Shown: positions 38,730 through 51,447 of the stretch, in pieces | Position numbering within the stretch: the stretch's first letter is position 1 | How the letters are laid out: every line of letters starts with the position of its first letter | Assembly: GCA_964106915.2 (NCBI GenBank) | Contig: OZ066916.1 | Reading direction: 5' to 3' (one strand) | DNA length: 64,000 nt | Source: Podarcis gaigeae | Taxonomy: Eukaryota | Notes under the pieces: generated by a model | Seen by the model: only the letters and a program-made list of their open reading frames with translations | The model's database searches: none | What the model was told of the DNA's origin: nothing | Program-made: the position numbers and the translations under genes

Positions 38730-40341
38730 CAAGAACTAACTTAGTTGGTCTTTAAGCTGCTACTGGAAGGAAAATAATTTTTTGTTTTGACTATGGCAGA
38801 CCAACACGGCTACCTATCTGTAACTACTTATTTAGGTTTTGTTTTTACTAGGTTTATTAATTGAATAGAAATTCCCTGTTTTTTTTATGCGTATTTGCTG
38901 CTGATGTTTTAACCCACGTAAACCGCTCAGAGATTTGTTTAAATATAAATATCTATTGCCCCAATAAAAACACAAACAAACAAACAAACAAACAAACAAA
39001 TAAAATAATGAAGTACTCAATATTGTGATATAGATCTCTTCATATGCATCCTTAAAAGAAATTATATGTGGTTACAAATATGATCTGTGGCGCTTTTGAT
39101 ATACGGCGGGGGGCGGCGCAACCAGGGGTTTTGAAAACTGGAAAGAACTAAAAGTATTTTTGGAGGGTGCTTGGGACAACAAGGGGAGGAGCAAAATCTA
39201 CTTCTTTCCTTTTCCATTTGTTGAGGTGTTCACTGGATCAAATTGTATTCCACTCTAAATATCTTTTTTTGCTAAGTACTAAGGGAGTGCAATGAAACTA
39301 TCAGAAATGTCACTACTCCATTTCTACTGCTTTTCTCTTTATCTTCATTAACTTCATTCAATCCATTGCCTGGATTTCCAGTTCAAATTAATATTAGTCA
39401 CCAGAAGACATGTTTGCAAACTGCTTCTCTCTAGGCCTTAATTATTATGCAAACCATCTGGCCTTTTTGCTTGCATTGTTTCCTTTTATGCCTTTTCTTT
39501 ATAACAACATAATTGTCTTTAAAGATCTGTTTCAACATCTTTGAAGCCTGAGCAGGATATCTTTAACAACTTTGAGATCTTATTTAAATATATGCAGAAA
39601 ATTCCATTCCATTTTTAAAATGTGGCCTGGAAATCAGAACTGAAATGTTTTTTAAGAGGTTTAGTTGGCTTCATCCCAATATTTATTTAATAAAATAGTA
39701 TGACCAATGCAGCTCTAAAGGTTGTCTTGGACATTGATATTATGGAATAAAGGATGCCCCATAAAATCAAGAACATCTTGCAGCCCTCCTGTGTCGGGGG
39801 GGGGGGGGAGACATGAACCAAATAATCATCTGGGACAGGGTGATGCTTTAGTAGTATATTCATCCATTTTCATTTCGGTTATAATATTTTTTTCTGTTTC
39901 ATTTCTCTATTTAATTATGTTAGCTCGGTCATATTGGTTTATATCAGGGGTGGGGAACCTCAGGCCCAGGGCTGAATGTGGCCCACAGGAGCACTCAGTC
40001 TGGACCATGGAACATTGCCTAAAATAAAACCCTAACCCTCCTTTAGTCATTTTACTTGGCTAGAAAGTATCCTCGAACTGTGATCCTATCTCTAGCTTGC
40101 CTGAATAGATGATGGAAAATGGCATGTGTGTCTCAGCACATCTCCTTTTACCACATCCACCAGTTGTATGTGGCCCCTGGAAAGTTGCCCATGAGGGAAT
40201 CTGGTCCTCTGGCTAAAAAAAAGGTCTCCCATCCCTACTTTATACAGTGTTGTTTTTTTGTTTTGTTTTGTTTTGTTTTGTCTATTAGCTTTCTTACCTG
40301 CTGGTGTGTTTAAGCTGTTCATTAGGTTAGCTTCTTTGTAT

Positions 40342-40837
40342 TTGTTTAGTTGTTCAGTCGTGGCCAACTCTTCGTGTCCCCATGGACCAGAGCACACCAG
40401 GCACTTCTGTTTTCCACTGCCTCCCACACTTTGGTCAAACTCATGCTGGTAGCTTCGAGAAGACTGCCCAACCATCTCATCCTCTGTCGTCCCCTTCTCC
40501 TTGTCCCCTCCATCTTTCCCAACATCAGGGTCTTTTCCAGGGAGTCTTCTCTTCTCATGTGGTGACCAAAGCACTGGAGCCTCAGCTTCAGGATCTGTCC
40601 TTCAAGTGAGTACTCAGGGTTGATTTCCTTCAGAATGGATAGGTTTGATCTTCTTGCAGTCCATGGGACTCTCAAGAGTCTCCTCCAGCACCATAATTCA
40701 AAAGCATCAATTCTTCGGCGGTCAGCCTTCTTTAAGGTCCAGCTCTCACTTCCATACATCACTACATCTCTACAAACCATAGCTTTAACTATACGGACCT
40801 TTGTTGGCAAGGTGATGTCTCTGCTTTTTAAGATGCT
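40342..40837 (-). mobile_element. Bov-B LINE 3' fragment
   Basis: Minus ORF PTKVRIVKAMV...YGSESWTLKKADRRRIDAFELWCWRRLL... Confidence 0.95.
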
Positions 40838-41389
40838 TTACCCAATGTTGTATGGACTGGGGTATTTTTGTTGTTGTTATGATTATTTATAATTGTTTCT
40901 AAGATGTTTTTAATTGTTACACTTCCCGTTCATTATTTTTTGGGGGGAGGTTTTGTGGGCAAGTGGTATAAAAATAGCCAGCAACAAACCTACTAGGTTG
41001 AAACCACCCTTCTGTAATGTGGGGACGATGATACTGGCCTGCTTTACAGGGTTCTTGTAAGGATCACTGAGGTAGTTGCGTGTGTTAGAGGCTTTGAATG
41101 CTTTCAGTGTGCTGCATGAATGCAAAGTATTATAATTCCACTCGTGTCAATTGACTATACTTTCTATTGACTAGTATCAGTGGAAGACGGAATCCATTCA
41201 CATTAAATGCGGTTTCTAGAATGGTAATCAATATTGCCAGAAAGCAGTTAAGTTCGCTTGTTAACCTCTTCTAAAATGCTGTAGCACTCAATAAGAGGCA
41301 ATGACGACATGTGTCACACAATTGTGAGTGACACAACAGTTCTCTGCTTTGACATCTGCACCAACCTCACACCAGAGAGAATGTTTGAA

Positions 41390-41536
41390 TACAACAACAA
41401 CAACAACAATTTATTATTTATACCCCACCCATCTGTCTGGGTTTCCCCAGCCACTCTGGGCTGCTTCCAACAAAACACTAAAATACAATAACCTATTAAA
41501 CATTAAAAGCTTCCCTAAACAGGCCTGCCTTCAGAT
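41390..41536 (-). mobile_element. L2 LINE 3' fragment
   Basis: Near-identical to the start of 13995-14300. Confidence 0.8.
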
Positions 41537-44500
41537 GAATGCATTTTAGTCCTCTTCTTCTTCAATCTTGCCCCATTACCCTGGCCTGTGGGCATTGGGT
41601 AGGGTGACTTCTTAACCATCCCTCAAAAAGAGAACAAGGGAGGACACAGATTTGCATTAAGTTTGAATATCCTAACTGATGTCTATGCAAATTTAGAAAT
41701 ACACACTATATTTTTAAATAAAAATACATCTCACCATGGTGGCAAGGAAGACTGTGGCCATGTGACCTGTATGCTGGCTCTGTTGGCAGTAAGGTGCTAT
41801 TTATTAATGGGCAACCTCAAGGCTCCTGCTCACCTTTCTTATGATTGTTTATCTGTAAACTGGTTTACGACTGGACAGCCCTTCAGATGGAAAACTGTCC
41901 TCTGTAAAGAAGGTGATATGGCTCCCTGGTGCTGGAATGTTCTCCTACTCCAGGGATGGGGAATCTGTGGCCCTCCAATGTTGTTGGAATCCAATTCCCA
42001 TCATCTTCAACCATGCTGGTGGGAATTGGAGTCTAACAACATCTGTAGAGCCGCAGTTTCGCCATCCCTGCCCTAAACCCTATTGCCAGTTCTAAAACGT
42101 CTATAGGCAGTTGCTTCCTGTGTCCCAGCTCCTCAGATGAATTGTTAGTAATAGGGATATGTTCTCTAGGAAAGCTTATTATGGACTCAGGTAAAATCTG
42201 TTCCCACTCTACCTATTCAATTTCTTAAAACGTTTTAAATTCAATTTTAATAAGGATTCTTCCTTTAAAGATAAGTTTTAACAATTTCCAATGAAGAAAT
42301 ATAGGGCACACTTATACAATTTGCTGAGTCAATCATAAAGCATACCAAGAATAAAAGGATGTGTGGTCTATACTTGTAAAGGGTTCCGTTGTCTAAATAA
42401 AAACAATTACAAATTTTCATTGGCAAAAAAGAAGATAAGCTTGAATTTTACTAAATGTAAATACTCGCATAGACTTGTGGTACCTGATGCTCCTGAGCCA
42501 CAATGTTTGTATATGAATAAAATTAGTCCAAATGGCAAATATGCGATATTGGGCACTTCGGTCCCTAAACAATTTTAGCTTATGTGAGGCTTTGTTTTTC
42601 CCCCAAGAAGGGCAATTTGCCAAGTATTGGAATGACAATTGTCCATTGGTACCCTATTCTCTTCTTTTGATCTGTTTGTCTCCAGGCTGAAAACATGAGC
42701 TTTGTCAGGTTCAAGATCTACTTTTATAATTTGATGGCACTTGGGAAAGCTGAAACAGCTGCTTTCTGGACTGTTTTCTGGAGAAACCTTTGTTTTCTTG
42801 ACTTTGACAATATTTGAGAACTCCTGTAATAATACAGCAGTTCTATTTTTGTAATACTGGCTTCTGTCTTTGTTACCTCATGTCACCAACAGAGTCCTTT
42901 GAATTGTGAGCAGTTCCTGTTGAGTGACAGCTGTCCTACCCAGACACCTCAATGTCTCTCTCCTATGTGTAACTCGTCGACTTTGCTTTTGGCTTGTTAA
43001 TATTTCATAACCTTTTCACCTCAACTCCAGGCGATGGTTGTTAGAACATAACACCGAGAGATAAATTCTGCTCTTGGTTTTGTTCCCCAGCCACATCAGT
43101 TTTAAGGTTTGCATTGTATCTTGACAGCATGTATATATTCCTCTATGTCTTAGGGTTGGCCAAGGAGGGGGTACCATCTTAGTTAATCTGTGTGTTTCAT
43201 GCATTAATCAACATGACCCAAAGCAGAACACATGTAGCTGCACTAGGGGCATTGGAGAAAAGTAGGCATATATAGTCGAAAAAAGAAAATATAAGTGGGT
43301 GTCATGCAGCAGGTTAGGGTTAAAGGCAGATTGAGATCTGGAAAGATTTTGGATTACTGTTTTACATTGAGATAATTGTATGATGACAGAGTTAATGTAG
43401 GCAAGAAGTGTCAGATCTGTTAAACAATATGACATTACTATAACTCAGAAATAAGTCCTATTGAGTTCAGTGGTGCTTATTTCCAGGTACATGGGTACAG
43501 GATTACAGCCTTAATGTGGGAAGCAATTTCTAGTTAACCTTCCTTGCAACAGTCCTGTAACTTCCATTTTATAAGCACAGATAGAGCAAAACACAACAAA
43601 CATCTGGTCCTGCTCCTTCCTCTTATGTAGGCAAGTAAAGAGAAGGTGCCTTGGGGAAGGAAGCCAGGTAGAAACCACTTATGATCCAAACTGGAAAAAA
43701 GTGCAGGGGTTCAGTTGGCTGCATATACACCTGCCTTTCCTTTTGAGGCACCCTTTTAAAATCTCCAAATGTTGTTTTTGTGCCATCATAGTGTGCTCTT
43801 GCAAGGCATCGCTAGTCCAGAAACCTTCAAGCTGGCCGGGATTAAAATGTGATTCACAGCAACCTTCTGTACCATGAAAATAAATAAAAACAGTATTGTT
43901 ATTATTTTTTTAAAAAACCAATTGATTTTATCAGGGTGGGATGGAGAGCACTGTCATATTTCTAAATAGCATCAACAGAGTTCATTTGATAACACACCAA
44001 GTAGCCCCATAGTCACTGACACTCCCAAATTCTATAGTACTGTTAAAATTCACTGGGACTTGTATGGGAAGGTGGTTGGTTTTTCTTCTTCTGGATTATG
44101 CCCTCCCTGTAATATAGTAGGTGGCAGATGTATTTATTTTAATGCATTATTTATTAACCATATTGATGTCCTGCCACTCCAGAGAACCATTCAACCCATA
44201 GCAAAAGAAACTCCAAACGCAAACAAAAAGGCAATAACACAATTTGCTGAAGTAGCAGTGCAGAGCCAAAAGCCATCCTTAGTTTTTTTTTAAGATGCAT
44301 CCGTAGTAAGTCAATGATACCTGAATCCCATTAAAATCAATGGGACACATTAGTTATGGACTACTGCTAGCTCCCATTCATTTCCTCCTCCAAACACCTC
44401 CTGCCCAGGCCAGGTAGAATTTAGCACTGAGCTACGATGCATGTTCCATTTGTGCAAGCATTTTAGCTTCATCATAGCTCAGTGCCCCAGCCCCACTAAT

Positions 44501-44779
44501 ATAGGGCTGCATGGGTGCACGGGGGTGAGAGGAGAGGTAAAAATCCCATTGCACAAGCAGAAGTCTTTGCGTAGGGCTTCTGCTGATGTGGCTCGGTAGG
44601 TGAATCTCTCTCCCAGTACGTAAGTTTCCAGTCTGCATGGAGGTCTTGGTGCTGCTACGGTGCATCTCTATAGGAATTCAGAAATAGTAAATTCATGAGC
44701 CTTCACCCACCCAAAAAAGAAGCACATTTATTAGTGGTTGGTTGAAGGATGATAAGGCAGGAAAATACAGTAGTGCTAT

Positions 44780-45188
44780 TGAGAGCTGGACCATAAAGAA
44801 GGCTGATCGCAGAAGAATTGATGCTTTTGAATTATGGTGATGGAGGAGACTCTGGAGAGTCCCCTGGACTGCAAGAAGATCAAACCTATCCATTCTGAAG
44901 GAAATCAGTCCTGAGTACTCACTGGAAGGACAGATCCTGAAGCTGAGGCTCCAATACTTTGACCACCTCATGAGAAGAGAAGACACCTGGAAAAGACCCT
45001 GATGTTGGGAAAGATGGAGGGCACAAGGAGAAGGGGATGGCAGAGGATGAGATGGCTGGATAGTGTTCTCGAAGCTACCAGCATGAGTTTGACCAAACTG
45101 CGGGAGACAGTGGAAGACAGGAGTGCCTGGCGTGCTCTGGTCCATGGGTCACGAAGAGTCAGACACGACTAAATGACTAAACAACAAC
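44780..45188 (+). mobile_element. Bov-B LINE 3' fragment
   Basis: gagagctggaccataaagaaggctgatcgc... through gactaaacaacaac. Confidence 0.95.
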
Positions 45189-47467
45189 ATTGCTAACTTT
45201 TTACCACTTTGTAGTTACTTCTCTTCCTTGCCTATATTCCTTCCAGCTGTCCACCCCATATTTTCAGGGAGAGCTTTATTCTGCTCTCCAGATATTATGC
45301 CGTGCTTTGGGTTGAGATTTCTTTTTCTTTTCTTCTTCTCTGGCATTTATTTTTAATAGCTTTCTTTGAGTTAGCAGCAACATCACAATGAAGCAAAGTG
45401 AAGCCTGGTACAGGGAAGTCCACTTTGGAGTCCTCCCTGAGGGGTGGAGGTGAGCTGATCACTGAAAAGAAGCCTCTTCTATATGGAAAATCTAATGAGC
45501 AACTCTTTCCTTGCAGCCGGCTGGAAGGTGTCTTCAGGCGCACACATCTTTTTACAGCAAAGGGCCTAATAAAAATAGTTGGATTCAAATAACACATGAT
45601 GCTCCAGAAAAAGGCCATCCACTCAACTCTCTGCAACTGGGATGTCTAAGGTCTCATCCAGACACACAACCAACCACAGTCATTCTGTGCCGCTGAAGAA
45701 TGGGGTTGCATTGTTTATTATTTTACCCTGATGTTTCCTCAACTGCTGATTTGCACATTATAGTTGAGATATCACATGACGTGAAAGCCAGTTCCAGAAA
45801 TTTATCATGTATCATGGAGCTCTTTACTAAGAAACGTAGCTTTGTACGTGAGGTATTAATTTGTTAATAATAATAATATGATTTTTCCTGTAATTGTGAT
45901 GTTTAGTTGTTGCTGTTTTGTTAATAGAGTTTTACAGATTGTAATTGTTTTATTGATGGTTTGTTAATTATTTTATATGATTTATGCTTTATTTGGGATG
46001 TGACAGCCACAGTACCTGGAGACCATCAGTCAGGTTGTATATCCACATCAGTGAACAGAGGAGGAATGACTGCTGGAGCTCAGAGGGAAAAAACACCATG
46101 GTGCATCTGCAGCAGCACAACTGGACACCTTCGTCGGCCCCAGCTGCCACAAAACATATCTCTCCCATAGTGGTCTCTACAGCCACAACAGGTGCTTTAA
46201 CTATTTAAATTTAAATATACGATAATAGCTTCTGATAGTAAATTCAGCTTTATTGATAAACCACAAAATGTATTTATTTGGGAAGAATAGGAAGAAACCT
46301 CCATTTTGCGGTCATTAAATATTCTGTCTATTTGGAAACCATTTTCAGACTTGCTATTTAGAAATGTCTAATTACCATTAATTAAAATGCAGCCATGAAC
46401 CCATTCTAATTTATAATTAGAAAAGTAATTTAAGTCTGAAATTCATTCCGCGGAAAATATTATTTATCACTGATGAAAGGATTGTTATTGCCTATTTAAC
46501 AAAAGGAAGATCTGATAGGAGGATGAGTTGAAAGTTACATATTTGTTCTCTGGGATTAGCTCACATTAACAACTGAGCTAGCAAAATTCATCACTTTTTA
46601 GGAATATTTCACTGGTGTTAGAATTTACCAGCAGAAGTAAAACATGAAAACATATGCCTATGGCCTGATCCTGCAGGGTTATTTTTATGCTGGTATGACA
46701 CATAAGCACTGTGTGATGAGACATATGTACCTTGACTGACCTGCTTATTCCATTTATAAGACTGTAAACATGAAGAGCTGGAAATCCGCTTAATGAGGTT
46801 TCCATATAACTTGCATTCATTGCTGTGATCGTGGCCAAATACTATTCTCCCCCCTAAAATTTATTACTTAGCTGAAGCTGGCTGATAATCTTTGAAGGCC
46901 TTTGAAGACTGTGAGAAAAAAAGTATTGAAATATAAAAGCAAGAAGCAAAAGTAGTTTAGTCCATAGGCATGGGTTTTAAACTCCTATTACTGAGGTGTG
47001 ACTGGCTGAAGAGAAAAAGGCTGTATGTGGGAAGTGAGAAAGGTTTTTGGGTCCCTAGAGCCACAAATGAAATGGGAGTAATTGGGCAGGTGCTATTTGC
47101 AAACCTCTGACTACAAGACGTGTCACAAACAAGCTAGGTGTTGGAAAGATTGCATTCCTTTAGGATTAGCAATGGCGTTATACATGATACAGACATAATC
47201 TTTCAAGCAAATGCAAAATGTGTATATCCTGTATGTGTTAGGATTAATTGAGCTAATCATTTAATACTCAGATGTGACAAAAGCAGGAACATAATATATT
47301 CCAATGTGAACTCAACAATTTGGACTCTGAATCGTGGATTTTGGTAACTTTTGCTGATTTTCCATGGGCATCACTGAGGCTTACATCTTGCCTGCAGAAA
47401 CTACAAAAGTCTGATCTTATTGCTTTCTGAAGGCAAAATTTGGAATAACTGCCCTGAGACCTCTGGG

Positions 47468-47617
47468 CAGTGCTTTATTTCCTTCTAAAAAAATGTTTAG
47501 GGGTACTCTCATTTTCCTAATCATATTGAAACACTTCCCCTCAATGAGGCCAAACTTAGATTCACAAAATGTTTAGGGGTATGTGTACCCCTGCATCCCC
47601 CCAGGAAAAACGCACTG
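47468..47617. mobile_element. hAT-type MITE, same family as 33530-33691, opposite orientation
   Basis: CAGTGC...GCACTG; TSD cctctggg/cctccagg (6 of 8 match). Confidence 0.75.
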
Positions 47618-48385
47618 CCTCCAGGTATAGAGCGGTATATAAATTCAATAAATAAAATAATAAATAAGTAAATAATACAAGGCTCTCTGTAGCTGTGCAT
47701 ACACAATTAAGGTTCTGTGTAGCTACTTCATCAACTGATTTTTTAGAAAATATTTGAGAAAAATAATGTTTTCTGCGGTGGGACAGAATCGAGTCTTATT
47801 ATTTGAAGGCATTGGTGCTCTTAATTTGCCAGCTGCAGAATGGCATTGCAGAGCCTTTCAGGCACTCTTTGTACTTGCCAAACAAAGCAGCAAGAATAAT
47901 CTGTCTACAAGCTAGTAAAATCTGTTTACCAAGTTTGTTGAAGCCATTACTAACATTACTGTTCCTTTGAAATGGGTAACCCTAACCCCTCTGTTTGATT
48001 AAGAATTGACTTGTTATTTATAAACTTTCTTAGTGGGCATTCAGAAAAACTATCGGTTCTGAATGCATTCTTCAGATCAATGCTCACAAATAGTGCCCTG
48101 CACATATATTATTACATTGTGCCAGTGGACTTGGAGATTGGTTTCACCTTTCCTGCATCTGTCCCATAGTACCAGGAATGTTGGAGACCGACGTGGGAAT
48201 TCAACCACTCCCTCCAACCAAACATACCTTGGCATCACAGGGTTTCTCAACACAGGGTTGAGAAAAATCTCAAAAAAACAGTTCTGTTTTTCTAGAAAAA
48301 GAGATTCTGGAACTCACCAGGAACACCTCCCTCGTTCTCTTAGAATGGCAATGGCACCCACTGGCAAGTTCCAGCTGGGGAAAAA

Positions 48386-48748
48386 AAAGGTAAAGGTAAA
48401 GGTACCCCTGCCCGTACGGGCCAGTTGTGTCTGACTCTGGGGTTGGGTGCCCATCTCGTTTAAGAGGCCGGGGGCCAGCGCTGTCCGAAGACACTTCCGG
48501 GTCACGTGGCCAGCGTGACAAGCTGCATCTGGCGAGCCAGTGCAGCACACGGAAACGCCGTTTACCTTCCCGCTAGTAAGCGGTCCCTATTTATCTACTT
48601 GCACCCGGGGGTGCTTTTGAACTGCTAGGTTGGCAGGCGCTGGGACCGAGCGACGGGAGCGCACCCCACCGCGGGGATTCGAACCGCCGACCTGATGATC
48701 GGCAAGTCCTAGGTGCTGAGGTTTTACCCACAGCGCCACCCACGTTCC
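48386..48748 (-). mobile_element. Sauria SINE, full length and CpG-rich (young)
   Basis: (AAAGGT)3 tail on plus; minus-strand head GTGGCGCTGTGGG (A box) and GGTTCGAATCC (B box). Confidence 0.92.
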
Positions 48749-50590
48749 TGGGGGAAAAGCCTGCATAAAACAGGGGTACAACAACCACATTACCCATTTG
48801 CAAGGTATGATCAAGATAAAACATTGACCTAGACAGAGAACATACTTACCAGTCAAAAGGCTGTTTGGTCAAGTGTTCTAACATAATTTGGAGCAGCAGT
48901 CAGTGGGAGCTACTACAAGAGTAAGTGATCATTTCAGTGAGTTGCTCTAGAATCAAAAGAGTTAACAGTTGTAGGTACGTGCAGATGCAAAGCAGCTCTT
49001 TTTGTTCAAATGCCTGGTCCGCTGAACACAGTGACTGTGGATGCTCAGAATATCATTCAACTTTCTAATCTGGAAAACTTCCCCTAAAAAATGATGCTGC
49101 AGCCAAGCATTACAAACTGGACAAGTTCATACAACAAACCAGGCAATTATAAATTTCAGTGACGTGGAATGGCTGTCTGCCAACGATGAATTATTTCTTA
49201 GGCAAGTGTGAACAATCGATAGGAAAGCCCAAGATTCTCTTGTCAGTGTGCACCTTGTTTGGGTCAGAGGTAAAGTACCAGTCAGATTGTAAAGTACCAT
49301 TACAATCTCTTCTAACCAGGGCAAGTTATTTTTCATAGTTGTCTTGATTTTCTAGGGCTTCGCCTACAGAGTGAAGTAGCTTTGCAACAATTACTCATCC
49401 ACAATATACTGTGTGTTTGTTAATTACCTGCTTTCATAGGCATATCTATTAGGGTTGTGCACAGGTCCTCCCCGCAAGGTTCGGCTTGTATCAATTTGTT
49501 TTTTAAAATTATGATCTGAGCCACTCCATGCTCTTTGCTTCAGTCTGTGTTTGGGGTTCCAATCTGCTCTGTACAAAACAGAACTCTGTGTTCCTCATTC
49601 ATTATTTTTCTTATTTAACAAAATAAAATTTAACAAAATTATAATGGGACCCCCACCCCTTTTGGCCAAAGTGAACGAGCCCCTCCAGAATGGATTAAGG
49701 CTGCCAAATTGCAGGCAAATAGGTCCAGTGGCCTTTTGTGGGGGGGAAGTAAAATGAATTCATGTTCTTCCATAATTCACATTAGTTTCCTTTTCTTGAG
49801 AGGGAGAACAGGGGTTTGTGTCTTTCTTAGCTAATGTAAAATAGCTAAGAGGTGGCTGAGTGGTGTGTATGCTTGCTTGCACATTTTAAAAACCTTCACA
49901 GCGGCCTTTCAGGCGTTAGGCCTTACTGGCCTCCAATAGGCCTATGGCATGAGACTGTACACAATGGTACCTGTGGAGTTTTGAAAAACAGCTCTAGTTT
50001 GTGAGTGTGTATGTGTTAAAGCTGAGCAATGCAGGATTTAAAAGAACACGTCTTAAATTAAATGTCCTTTAAAAAAAAAAAATCTCAGCTGCATTCATTC
50101 ATTCATTTAAAACACACAATTTGGAGATCTTTAGTCAACATTTTGGACAGCCTCACATCTTGAAAATCCAGTGAACAGGTGTGGGGAACCTTTGGTCCTC
50201 CAGATGTTGGTGAACTACAACTTCCATTAGCCCCAGCAAGCATGGCCAATAGCCAAGGATGATGGAAAGATCAAACATAGAGTTATGTGGGGCTGAAGAG
50301 TTCAGAAATACTAAAGAAACAGAAGGCTTTGTGGGGCCTCAGCTGACTTGAGGAGATATTGACAACAGGTTTTGAATCAGTATGGGGGGGGGGGGAGAGA
50401 CATCCAAATCACCCCCATTTGTCTAGTTATTCAGCCTTCCTCCCAGACACCCAATGCACAGCACCAGTATCCATGACAGTCATTTATAGCTTAATAACAA
50501 AACAAAGCCAAGGACCTTTTGTAAAGCTTTCCTACCTGGTCATCTGGAGGCAATTCTTGCTTGGTGAAAGGGCAAACATGGAAATGATTA

Positions 50591-50726
50591 CCATATTTTT
50601 CCGTGTATAAGACGGACTCCAAATTAAGGAAACATCCCTCATCACCACCCGTGTATAAGACAAGCCCCAATTTCAAACCTATTTTTTTGGTGAAAAAACC
50701 CTAGTCTTGTACACGGAAAAATATGG
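50591..50726. mobile_element. Tc1/mariner-superfamily MITE
   Basis: 23-bp TIRs CCATATTTTTCCGTGTA(T/C)AAGAC, TA duplication on both sides. Confidence 0.88.
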
Positions 50727-51199
50727 TATATATGAGCCCATCTGAAAGGTTGCTGGGGACCCCTCTCTTCATGCTTTGTCTCTTTAGTTTACTTGATATG
50801 GGTTTGAAGAGAAGCATGTGTGGCAGCAACTCATCTGACTTGCTTTTTATCAATATTGGGTTTTTTACACTCAGTGGGTTGTTGTTGTTGCGGCTGCTGT
50901 CTGTCTTGATAAGGTTTACTGTTTCATATTCCAAGAACCACTTGTCTAGTAAATTTATTTACAGTTTAGGGTAGGGTAGCAACACTTTGCATTAACAATA
51001 TGAGCGTAGGCATTTCCTGGAAGCACCGAATTTGTCAGCGGGATGATGGCTTAGCATTTATGAATTCCAAAAATCACCCTTCTAGGGAACAAAATAAACC
51101 CTTTATAAACTGATCATTGGGTGTTTTACTTCTGGCTACCGCAAAAGAAGAATACGCTCAGTCATCACTATTCTGTGACAGCAAAGGCACCCATGAATA

Positions 51200-51447
51200 C
51201 AGTGGTACCTCGGGTGACATACGCTTCAGGTTACATACGCTTCAAGTTACAGACTCCGCTAGCCCAGAAATAGTACCTCGGGTTAAGAACTTTGCTTCAG
51301 GATGAGAACATAAATCGTCCTCTGGTGGCGCAGCAGCAGCAGCAGCAGGAGGCCGCATTAGCTAAAGTGGTGCTTCAAGTTAAGAACAGTTTCAGGTTAA
51401 GAATGGACCTCTGGAACGAATTAAGTACATAACCAGAGGTACCACTG
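51200..51447. mobile_element. Same Tigger-like MITE family, opposite orientation to 6999-7224
   Basis: TA-CAGTGGTACCTC ... GAGGTACCACTG-TA; internal sequence is the reverse-complement homolog of the 7 kb copy. Confidence 0.88.

Larger units (their letters stand above)
38442..38825 (+). mobile_element. Penelope-like element pLTR fragment with inverted 5' arm, copy 3
   Basis: 87-bp inverted arms 38453-38539 and 38686-38772 (1 mismatch) with a 146-nt spacer; direct repeat ctacttatttag at 38430-38441 and 38824-38835. Confidence 0.87.

Noticed and set aside
25911-48852. Strong minus-strand donor motifs at 25916 (GAAG|GTAAGT) and about 48848 (CTG|GTAAGT)
   Set aside because: No convincing paired acceptor or coding signal; such motifs are expected by chance in 64 kb.
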